Below are positions 56,557 to 64,000 of a DNA stretch of 64,000 nt, in pieces. The DNA is taken from NCBI GenBank assembly GCA_051532055.1, contig JAOPTX010000010.1:62108-126107 (forward strand), in the 5' to 3' direction. Under the pieces are notes generated by a model. The model was given only the letters and a program-made list of their open reading frames with translations, ran no database searches and was not told where the DNA came from. How positions within the stretch are numbered: the first letter of the stretch is position 1; every line of letters starts with the position of its first letter. The stretch comes from Fibrobacterales bacterium (lineage in GTDB: Bacteria > Fibrobacterota > Fibrobacteria > Fibrobacterales > JAOPTW01). A program made the translations under genes and the position numbers.

Positions 56557-57207
56557 CTAAAAACGTTTGGATTGTTTGGAGGCAACAGTAAAAAAAAGGG
56601 CCTCTTCTGGGCAGTATGCGGTTAATGAACCGCCATAGACACATCCGGTATCGAGCCCAATAAAGTGTTCAGAGTGAACGAGCCCATTTTTAGCCCAATG
56701 TCCAAAAATGATTACTTTATCCCAGGTTGCAGCATCATACCATCTGGGATCATGAGGGTTGTTTAAATTGGCACCCGTGCCATCCCAGGTGCGAATAGTG
56801 GTAAGAATTTCTTTTGGGGTTTCACTGATATCAGTTCTTCCGGGTTCAAGGCCTGCATGAACTACGATAATATCTCCGAGATCCCTTAAGAGTGGCCACT
56901 CTCTAATCTGGTGGTAGCATTCTTCAGCATGATCTCCAAATTGCTTCATAAAGAGGCGCTGCTTTTTAGTTCGGTCACATTCAGGGATTTTGTATGTTTC
57001 GAGAAAGAGGTTGTCATGATTGCCAAGGACGCATTTTATGTCATGATGTTTAATGAGGTTAAGGACACCCAATGAATCGGGGCCTTTATTGACAACATCA
57101 CCGACTGAGTAGAGATGGTCTGTCCCAGGGGTGTAATCAAGTACCTCAATGAGCTCTGCGAGCTCATCTGCACAACCATGTATATCGCCAATAAAATATC
57201 GTCTCAT
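56557..57207 (-). CDS. ApaH/PrpE-like metallophosphoesterase
   Basis: GDIHGC, GDVVNKGPDS, GNHD, VHAG, FGHW, GLDTGCVYGG.LTA. Confidence 0.88.
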   Translation of the reverse strand: MRRYFIGDIHGCADELAELIEVLDYTPGTDHLYSVGDVVNKGPDSLGVLNLIKHHDIKCVLGNHDNLFLETYKIPECDRTKKQRLFMKQFGDHAEECYHQIREWPLLRDLGDIIVVHAGLEPGRTDISETPKEILTTIRTWDGTGANLNNPHDPRWYDAATWDKVIIFGHWAKNGLVHSEHFIGLDTGCVYGGSLTAYCPEEALFFTVASKQSKRF

Positions 57208-57254
57208 GCTGTAGAAGATAGTAAGATTTTTATTCGATTAAAAAAGTAAACGAT

Positions 57255-57291
57255 AATTGTGTACTCAATAGTATTCATTGAGTACACAATT
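57255..57291 (-). terminator. 15-bp inverted repeat, probable terminator
   Basis: AATTGTGTACTCAAT-AGTATTC-ATTGAGTACACAATT directly after the stop of 57297..58679. Confidence 0.7.
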
Positions 57292-57296
57292 TTTGA

Positions 57297-58679
57297 TTAA
57301 TGGTCCCAGGTATCCATGATTACGCCATTTTCTTCTAGGCTATTAGATTCGGACTTAAGCTGTTCGGTATCTTTTATGAGCTTGTCCATCATAGTTCTTA
57401 GGGTGATGAGGTCATTGCGGATTGAGAAGGTGGTATTGCTCATAGCTTCAACATCTGAGTGAAGGTCATCTTCGTGTTGATAAAGGCTTATTTCGAGATC
57501 GCATACATGTTTTACGAGAGGAAGAATCTCCTTTTTTTCTATAAGATTGGTTGACTGATAGAGGCTTTCTATCTGCTTGCGGAGTGAATGAATTTCTATG
57601 GAATCCTGATGGACATTTTCAAGTTCAGCTTCAATGTTAGTCATGATCTCATCTATAGTTCTACTCTCATTCGCCATGTCATCTACGATGCGTGCTTCTC
57701 CTTTTGAGTCCATCCAGGTCTGGTTAACCGACTCTATAAGGTGCTCTACGGCACTTTTAATTGTTACCAGGTTTTCAGACTCTAAATCCTCTTTTGACAT
57801 AGCATTCATTAGCATAAAGTTGCGTGATCGCATCATAGAAAAGAGTGTTACGCCCATTGTTAAAAAGAGTCCGGCCATGATGAGCATGAGAATAACAGCG
57901 GATTCTTTATGAGATGCAAGGTTGCTGTTATCAGCTTGAACCATGTTTTTATTGAGGAGTGAAAGAGTGCTCAGCGCAATGCTATGAGATGAGAAATAGG
58001 TTTCCCCATCGCGAAGCATCATTTGCATATGATCAACGAGATTAGTCAGTTTTCTTACAAAGAGAACCTCGTCTTTGGGGAGGCAGACTCCTGCAAGCTG
58101 GGTATAACTTGTTTTGGCAAATATTATTGCTTCATTGAGTGAGGTAATAGATATTTCATCACCATCTTTAAGCATTTCGAGCTCTTGGAGTATTGCATTG
58201 GGAAGAGTGGCAACTTGCGCATGGAGATCCAGATAGATAGTGGTGAGCTCACTATTGCTCACAGGAGAATAGTGTGTTTCGAGGTGGTTAGAGAGCTGTC
58301 GGGCTGAGGCCAGTGCATCTTGATAGGTCTCCTGCAGAATAAAGAAATTGTCGAGTACTACCCCTACTTTCTCTTTACTTGTGGTCACTATTTGGCTAGT
58401 TAACTGAGCACCATCAATTTGCGGAAGCGTTGACGCATCAATATTTTCTAGGTAATAGGTGTTCGGGGGCGAGTCGAGGTCGCGCACATTTAATCGTTGA
58501 AGCTGTACCTGAGTCAGGGACACCTGGGTAATCGCTTGTTTTGTTTGGGAGATCTCATCTATTGTTTGGGCAGTTTTATGGTAAATGCTATAACTAATAA
58601 TAAGTGCCATAACCATAACCAAGCTACTGAAGAACATGAAGAATGCTCTTTTTTGTTTTATACGTATCCAGTGTTTCAT
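57297..58679 (-). CDS. Hypothetical chemoreceptor-like membrane protein
   Basis: Two TMs flanking a ~230-aa helical region, then an acidic coiled coil; no canonical MCP tip. Confidence 0.55.
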   Translation of the reverse strand: MKHWIRIKQKRAFFMFFSSLVMVMALIISYSIYHKTAQTIDEISQTKQAITQVSLTQVQLQRLNVRDLDSPPNTYYLENIDASTLPQIDGAQLTSQIVTTSKEKVGVVLDNFFILQETYQDALASARQLSNHLETHYSPVSNSELTTIYLDLHAQVATLPNAILQELEMLKDGDEISITSLNEAIIFAKTSYTQLAGVCLPKDEVLFVRKLTNLVDHMQMMLRDGETYFSSHSIALSTLSLLNKNMVQADNSNLASHKESAVILMLIMAGLFLTMGVTLFSMMRSRNFMLMNAMSKEDLESENLVTIKSAVEHLIESVNQTWMDSKGEARIVDDMANESRTIDEIMTNIEAELENVHQDSIEIHSLRKQIESLYQSTNLIEKKEILPLVKHVCDLEISLYQHEDDLHSDVEAMSNTTFSIRNDLITLRTMMDKLIKDTEQLKSESNSLEENGVIMDTWDH

Positions 58680-58909
58680 GATAATTACCTGCCTTTTATC
58701 TGCGGGGGCGCTGTACCTATCTTATCTATATGATACGGCCAATGTAAAAAGGGGGCAATAGTTAGTAAGAGATGGAGAGATAATCTCACATCAATAGAAA
58801 TGTTGGGGATTTTTAGAATGCTCTAAGTTGTTTTAATTCAGGGGATTATGTGGTATCTTGGTAATAGTTTGTGCTGTTGCATCTATTGTGTTTGGCGCAT
58901 AACCATTGG

Positions 58910-60265
58910 TTAGTTGACTTGAGCAAGGGTGTCTGTTTGAGTTCTCAGAGAGTCCACTTTAGTTGAGTCATCAAGGGTAAACTCAACGGTTTTATCAAGA
59001 AGTGTTTGAATCTCTGCTACTTGTTCTTTAAGAAGAGCAAGGCGCTTTCCTTTGAGTTTAGGAGTTGCAATCATGCGTTTTCTAAGGGGGTTGATCCAGC
59101 GACCTCTAGGGTTTTTAAAGCCAAAGTGTAGGTGGGGGCCAGTAACTCGTCCTGTTTTACCGACGGTACCTATTTTTTGCCGGGTACGTACATATTGACC
59201 TTTTTTAACGAGACGTTTTGTGAGGTGAAGATAGTACGATGTCGATTTGTCTGAGTGCCTGATGGCGATTTTGTTGCCTCCATATTTGTCGTATGAAGAT
59301 GCGACCACTTTGCCCGATGCAACAGAATATATTGGATCTCCAATTCTTCCTTTGTAATCAACACCGTTGTGCATTTTTCTGCGTCCTGTAACAGGGTGAC
59401 GACGCCATCCCCATGATGAGGTAATGTGGAGTCTACGAACAGGATAGCGAAGGCCTGAATGGATGAGTGCCTCGCCTTCAGCTGTATAGTGGGCGTTATA
59501 TGTTGATTTTGGGTCTGAATCTTGAAACCTGAAGGCTTCGTAAGAACCGGTTTTTTGACCACTGTATGTGGTGTAGAGTACTTTAGAGCTAATGAGTGTC
59601 TCTTTGTAGTAGCGCTCTTGCATCAGAATTTTAAACGTGTCTCCATGACGAGCATACATTCTAAAGTTAATTTTACATTTGAGTACTCCATTGACAACGC
59701 CTACCATTGTTGAAGGAAGTCCGATTTCTCGTAAGGTTTGGTCGAGTGTTGACCCCTCTTTTAGCTCACTTTCATAAAGAGTGTGTCTGATTTCTGTCGG
59801 GAACTCCTTGAGTTTATATTTATACTTTTCTGTCTTTTTGTTGTAGATAAGTCGATGGATCGTAACCATGTTAGGCTCATATTGGAGCTCTGCAATACGT
59901 GTTGAATCACTGGTGTCAAAACGAGCTCGTAACTTTTCACCTACTTTTAGGTTCATGAGTTCTACTTCAAAGCGAAGGGTGTTGATTAGGTCAAGAGCAG
60001 ACTGTGTTGAAATCCCCATGTCTTCAAGAACTTGAAACATACCTTGATTGGGTTTTACTGCACCGTGTACAAATTGAGCATTGTATGAGACAATCGAATC
60101 TTGTACCCGAATACTGTCCGCTCTGAGCATTGCGATATGCTCGGCTTTGGCCTTTTTTTCTGCGATGCGTGTGCGTTCTTCTTCGGATTGACATCCGAGT
60201 ACTACTAGAATAAGCGTGATAATGAATGAAAAGAGTGTCAGTCGACGTAACATAGAGAGCATCAA
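58910..60265 (-). CDS. M23 family peptidoglycan endopeptidase (MepM-like) lipoprotein
   Basis: Lipobox VLGC; ITSSWGWRRHPV, HNGVDY, YLHL, GRVTGPHLHF. Confidence 0.92.
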   Translation of the reverse strand: MMLSMLRRLTLFSFIITLILVVLGCQSEEERTRIAEKKAKAEHIAMLRADSIRVQDSIVSYNAQFVHGAVKPNQGMFQVLEDMGISTQSALDLINTLRFEVELMNLKVGEKLRARFDTSDSTRIAELQYEPNMVTIHRLIYNKKTEKYKYKLKEFPTEIRHTLYESELKEGSTLDQTLREIGLPSTMVGVVNGVLKCKINFRMYARHGDTFKILMQERYYKETLISSKVLYTTYSGQKTGSYEAFRFQDSDPKSTYNAHYTAEGEALIHSGLRYPVRRLHITSSWGWRRHPVTGRRKMHNGVDYKGRIGDPIYSVASGKVVASSYDKYGGNKIAIRHSDKSTSYYLHLTKRLVKKGQYVRTRQKIGTVGKTGRVTGPHLHFGFKNPRGRWINPLRKRMIATPKLKGKRLALLKEQVAEIQTLLDKTVEFTLDDSTKVDSLRTQTDTLAQVN

Positions 60266-60377
60266 GTAAGATTTTACCTAATAATAGAAAAAATTGATTT
60301 GTATCGTACTCATTATCCAAGATACACTAACCTCTCTTCGTGGATTGTTATATTTGGCGCGTAACCAAGGAGCTTCA

Positions 60378-61070
60378 GTGTCTTTTCCAATTCTTTATCA
60401 CGATGAACATATGGTGGCAATGTATAAGCCCCCAGGAATATTAGTGCACCGCTCTGCACTTTCAACAGATACGGTGACAGTGTTACAGCTTCTGCGTGAT
60501 CAGCTTGGTCAAAAACTATATCCAGTGCACCGACTCGATCGCCCTACTTCAGGAGTACTTCTCTTTGGGCTTTCTTCTGAAGCGGCACGAGAACTTTCCT
60601 TGCTGTTTAGATATGGCAAGATAGAAAAAACCTATGAAGCACTGGTGCGTGGATGGGTTGATACAGGGGTTATTGATAAGCCACTGCTGAATGAACGTGG
60701 CGATGAGTATCTCGAAGCACAAACAGAGTTTCGCTTGATAACTAAATATGAACTTCCTATACCAATGGGGCAACACGAATCAGTGCGCTATGCTCATGTT
60801 GCTTGCCTTCCCAAAACAGGAAGGATGCATCAGATTCGAAGGCATATGAAAAGCTTCTTTCACCCTATTGTTGGTGATACTGCATACGGTGAGGGTAGAC
60901 ACAATACTCTGTTCAGGGAACGATTTGATACTCATAGACTCATGCTCAATGCAACATCAATCTCTTTTACCCATTGGGAGAGTAATCAGAAAATATCAAT
61001 TAACATAGACGATGAGCATTACCTACCCCTCTCTTTTCTTCAAGATTATATAGTTACAGGTGAAGAATAG
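60378..61070 (+). CDS. truC: RluA-family pseudouridine synthase (TruC-like)
   Basis: KPPGILVHRS, LRDQLG..LYPVHRLDRPTSG, PKTGRMHQIRRH, HPIVGD..YGEGRHN; RBS AAGGAG before GTG 60378. Confidence 0.88.
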   Translation: MSFPILYHDEHMVAMYKPPGILVHRSALSTDTVTVLQLLRDQLGQKLYPVHRLDRPTSGVLLFGLSSEAARELSLLFRYGKIEKTYEALVRGWVDTGVIDKPLLNERGDEYLEAQTEFRLITKYELPIPMGQHESVRYAHVACLPKTGRMHQIRRHMKSFFHPIVGDTAYGEGRHNTLFRERFDTHRLMLNATSISFTHWESNQKISINIDDEHYLPLSFLQDYIVTGEE

Positions 61071-61135
61071 TTTTTGGTATTACTGGGGTTATATGGGTGG
61101 AAATGCAACTAAGATTATCTTAAGTAAGAAGGTTA

Positions 61136-61936
61136 TTAGGGTTGTTTAATGGAAAGTAACAGCTCTATATCATTTAAATAGTATTCTATTTTCTTTGGAT
61201 CGAAAACTTCAATAAGAAGTGTCGGATCGTGCAGTGTGTTGAGTGCTTTTGCAGTAGAGGCCCAATCAATTGTTCCCTGGCCCGGGATTAGGTGTGCATC
61301 TCTGTCTCGGTGGTTATCATGTAAATGTACATGGGAAATATGCTCATTAAATTGAGTGATAATTTCGGCAGTACTTTTTTGGCCAAAAAGGTGTGAGTGG
61401 CCGGTGTCGAGGCACATCTTTAAGTTAGGAGGAGTTTCTTGACTAAAGATTCGTTCAAAAAGTAGAAATGATGTTTCAAATGAGTTTTCGAGGCAAATGG
61501 TGATATCAGAAAAGCGGTCAGCAATTGTTGTGTAAAATGCCAAAATCTTATCTGCAACACTACACTCTCGTTGAGCATCTGCTATAAGCGGATTAAATCC
61601 AGTATGAACAACTACTTTATTGCATCCAAGGGTTTGAGCAGTGAGGAGTGAATCAATAATCCGTTTTTGAGAAACTGCAGCGATGTCAGTGTCGTCACTG
61701 AAGACTGAGAGTTCTCTAAAAGGTGCATGAAGTGTTTTTAAGCATGAAACATCACTGAGTATAGTAGCAACTTCTTTAAGAACCTGTTGGTAGGTGGATT
61801 CGTTGTTAACCACTTCAGATTCTCTGAAATCATGTACTTCAATACCGAGCCCGTGCTTTTTAATAAAAGGGAGGGTAGTTTTGGCCTGATTACGTCTAAA
61901 GGGGACAAGGAACATAGGGTTACGTACTAAACTCAT
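61136..61936 (-). CDS. Sugar-phosphate isomerase/epimerase (AP endonuclease 2 TIM barrel)
   Basis: TLHAPF, VVHTG, CLEN, CLDTGH, HVHLHDN...DAHL.PG.GTIDW. Confidence 0.85.
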   Translation of the reverse strand: MSLVRNPMFLVPFRRNQAKTTLPFIKKHGLGIEVHDFRESEVVNNESTYQQVLKEVATILSDVSCLKTLHAPFRELSVFSDDTDIAAVSQKRIIDSLLTAQTLGCNKVVVHTGFNPLIADAQRECSVADKILAFYTTIADRFSDITICLENSFETSFLLFERIFSQETPPNLKMCLDTGHSHLFGQKSTAEIITQFNEHISHVHLHDNHRDRDAHLIPGQGTIDWASTAKALNTLHDPTLLIEVFDPKKIEYYLNDIELLLSIKQP

Positions 61937-62029
61937 ACTGGGTTATCGGTTAAAAATAGTAACCACTACAGAAGATGGGTCCAATAAGAGCGAAATTTTA
62001 CAAGGAGTTTCTTAATGATTACAAGTAAC

Positions 62030-62755
62030 TCAAATCAGTTCGGGTGGGAGGGGTGTGTCGTGCTGTAAATAGCTCAAAATTGATTGCCGATATTTTTGGA
62101 GATAGGGGGTGGGGTTTAGTGCTATATCGTTGTTATCTTGAGAGTAGTGCATGCCATCAAAACCAAAATGTTCTAGATACGAGGTATTGGAAGTAACAAA
62201 GAGTTGTTCAAGGTATCCACATGAGCGATAGTCCCAATCATAATGTTTGTGTTCCTGTGGAGCTTTTTCAACGGCTGTAATTATTTTTTCAACCATTTCT
62301 CGATTGAAGAACATAGAGATTCCTGGAGCAGTTTTTTTTAGTGAGATGCCCTGCTTGTTCAGAACAATATTCTCAGATTTGTTGTGATAGTAACTATTGT
62401 ATAGAGAAACAGGTAGATTGTTATTCCCTACATGAGTATAGAGCGTAAGAAGAGTTTTTCTAAACGTGGGCTCATGAAATGCATCATTATCTGTAAGATA
62501 CAGGAATTGATGATTGCTCTCTAGAAAGCGGCGCATCTGATGCCATCGAATAGTTGTAGGACCATTTTCCGATTTTTCTGGTAATATGAGTACCTCATCT
62601 GCAAGAGGAAGGAGTTTTTCGTGGTCAAATTCAGTAGAGTGATCATTATGTACAAGCAACTGATCAGCAGGGTCCTTGTACTTCATTAACTGCCGGAGGC
62701 AGAGTTGCGTAACTTGAAAACGATTATAAACAGGGACAGCAATAAGAATAGACAT
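62030..62755 (-). CDS. GT-A fold glycosyltransferase (GT2-like)
   Basis: IAVPVYNR, HNDHS, YLTDNDA (DxD), EHFG. Confidence 0.7.
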   Translation of the reverse strand: MSILIAVPVYNRFQVTQLCLRQLMKYKDPADQLLVHNDHSTEFDHEKLLPLADEVLILPEKSENGPTTIRWHQMRRFLESNHQFLYLTDNDAFHEPTFRKTLLTLYTHVGNNNLPVSLYNSYYHNKSENIVLNKQGISLKKTAPGISMFFNREMVEKIITAVEKAPQEHKHYDWDYRSCGYLEQLFVTSNTSYLEHFGFDGMHYSQDNNDIALNPTPYLQKYRQSILSYLQHDTPLPPELI

Positions 62756-63133
62756 TTAATTCTCTAAAGCAATACACTCGATCTCTATTAAAGCATCTGC
62801 AGGAAGTCGACTCACTTCAACTGTGGCACGTGCAGGTTTGCTTTCACCAAAAGCTTCTTCGTAGACGGCATTCATCTGTGCAAATTCTTCAAGGTTTTGC
62901 ATAAACACTGTTGTTTTGGCTACATTCGAAAGGGACATACCGGCTTCTTCCAAGATGGCTTCAAGGTTGTTGAGTGCCTGTCGAGTCTGTTCTTCGATAG
63001 TGTGGCCTTCAATTTTTTTTGTTTGGGGGTTCAGGCCTATTTGTCCAGAACAATAAAGGGTGCCTCTGCTGAGAATGGCTTGGGAGTATGGCCCAAGTGC
63101 CGTTGGCGCTTTAGCTGTTTTAATCTGTTTCAT
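62756..63133 (-). CDS. ridA: RidA family enamine/imine deaminase
   Basis: APTALGPYSQA, SGQIG, KTTVF, MNAVY, PARATVEVSRLP...IEIE. Confidence 0.95.
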   Translation of the reverse strand: MKQIKTAKAPTALGPYSQAILSRGTLYCSGQIGLNPQTKKIEGHTIEEQTRQALNNLEAILEEAGMSLSNVAKTTVFMQNLEEFAQMNAVYEEAFGESKPARATVEVSRLPADALIEIECIALEN

Positions 63134-63803
63134 TTTTGGGCTCCTGGTGGGCGGTCATTGTAGTGACACACTCAATTAAATATGGTAAGAACTCCTTGCG
63201 TCCAGAGTTCTCTTCGGGGAGTGATTCGTAATATTCTTTTCGTGATTTAATATAATCACCATACTGAGGGTGATTTTTAAGGCTGTTGCCAAAGAGTTCT
63301 ATGGTCTCGCCTTGTGCCTCACAGATAATCACCTCTTTGAGCGATCGATTATCTTCGATAAAGGTGTCGGTCACAATTTTCCAGTTGCCTGATGCGAGAT
63401 AGGTTCGCAGTGTCTCGGGGTTTTTGTTAGGGCAGAGTATGAGACGTACTCCTTCAATGGGCTGTGGGCACTGCAGTAAAAGCATATCGATAATACTTTG
63501 TGCACCAATGCCGAAAAAAACCAAATTTCCTGTTACGTAAAGGTTCTTTTGACGAATGTCTTCATTGTAGACAAGAGCATTGTCTTGGTCTGCAAGAAAT
63601 GCGGTCAGTTCTTCGGTGATATGGTACACGCGATCAACAAAGTGAACCATGTTAAATTTGTTGTTTTCGAGTGCTTTCTTGCCAAGATATCCATGATCGC
63701 AACAAAAATCCCATACATCCCAACGGGGTCTCAAATTAGAATAGGCTGCATAGAGGCGTTCCCCAAGCTGTTCTCTTATTTGTGTATTTTTAGGGTTTGT
63801 TAT
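63120..63803 (-). CDS. trmK: tRNA (adenine22-N1)-methyltransferase TrmK-like; start non-canonical
   Basis: LGERL..AY...VWDFCCDHGYLG, FVD, GIGAQSI, LILCPN...LR.YL; conserved N-terminus extends upstream of TTG 63734 to ATA 63803. Confidence 0.75.
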   Translation of the reverse strand: MTNPKNTQIREQLGERLYAAYSNLRPRWDVWDFCCDHGYLGKKALENNKFNMVHFVDRVYHITEELTAFLADQDNALVYNEDIRQKNLYVTGNLVFFGIGAQSIIDMLLLQCPQPIEGVRLILCPNKNPETLRTYLASGNWKIVTDTFIEDNRSLKEVIICEAQGETIELFGNSLKNHPQYGDYIKSRKEYYESLPEENSGRKEFLPYLIECVTTMTAHQEPKNETD

Positions 63804-64000
63804 GGTGCGCCACCTTTTTCAACCGTAACCTGTATGGAATTATAGTCAAATTGTAGCATTGGGCGTATTAATTTGGCAGTTTGCTTAAATTATGCTCTCC
63901 AGTTACTATATTTGACACTTCACAAAAGAAATTGATAATACTGGTTTCATTTTTACTTTCCAGTAGAATCGCAACATAAGGATAACTATGCCAGTTAGAG

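Noticed and set aside
38386..57291. The palindromes at 38386 and 57255 as one REP/MITE family (shared GAGTACA core)
   Set aside because: Only a 7-nt match in opposite arrangement; both are adequately explained as terminators
58690..58735. Sigma28 promoter (GCAGATAA) before the chemoreceptor-like gene
   Set aside because: No TAAA -35 element at the required spacing
2..63803. Clustering of RNA-modification genes (dus, rluD, truA, truC, trmK, rph) as one system
   Set aside because: Scattered in separate transcription units; expected in core chromosome
1490..63845. Many 60-160 aa alternative-frame or antisense ORFs in the track (e.g. 21015..21458, 12050..12442, 53622..54098, 42520..42897)
   Set aside because: They lie within well-supported genes, have no motifs and show antisense-shadow composition
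1..64000. CRISPR array, prophage, IS/integrase, retron or DGR
   Set aside because: No spaced direct repeats in any intergenic region I read, and no transposase, integrase, reverse transcriptase, cas or phage structural ORF
63988..64000. Start of a further + strand gene (ATG CCA GTT AGA after AAGG)
   Set aside because: Only four codons inside the window; cannot be identified

Overview
A 64-kb, AT-rich (roughly 40% GC by eye) stretch of bacterial core chromosome from a diderm, flagellated organism. Gene content and style suggest Fibrobacterota, but that is an inference. It holds about 63 protein genes and one tRNA-Asn(GTT). Housekeeping genes include dus, trkH, rluD, lspA, obgE, ispG, rph, pheA, gatA, truA, recD2, aguBA, rnhA, aspC, cutA, plsC, pyrC, truC, ridA and trmK. 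There is a sigma54-driven flagellar block (flgJ-SLT, flgN, flgK, flgL, flagellin) followed by fliW-csrA, a second fliK-like pair, a type IVa pilin, and signalling genes (adenylate cyclase, GGDEF-EAL, sigma54 activator, Ser/Thr kinase, FHA-ABC). I found no CRISPR array, integrase, transposase, prophage or recognisable defence system. Items absent from the ORF track: a 31-aa ribosomal protein bS22; a ~110-nt structured RNA candidate with mutually exclusive folds between bS22 and recD2; a multiply disrupted NPCBM pseudogene; a trmK whose conserved N-terminus has no canonical start (ATA start or +1 CCC-TAA shift); and a recurrent CTAnnTT-N6/7-ATG motif implying many leaderless mRNAs. Unusual architectures: FlgJ fused to a lytic transglycosylase, repeated Ig-like inserts in FlgK/FlgL, a cyclase-TM-SH3b protein, and a divergent MMPL / POTRA-less Omp85 pair in a genome with a stand-alone squalene synthase. 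All family calls come from motif recognition by eye; no searches were run.
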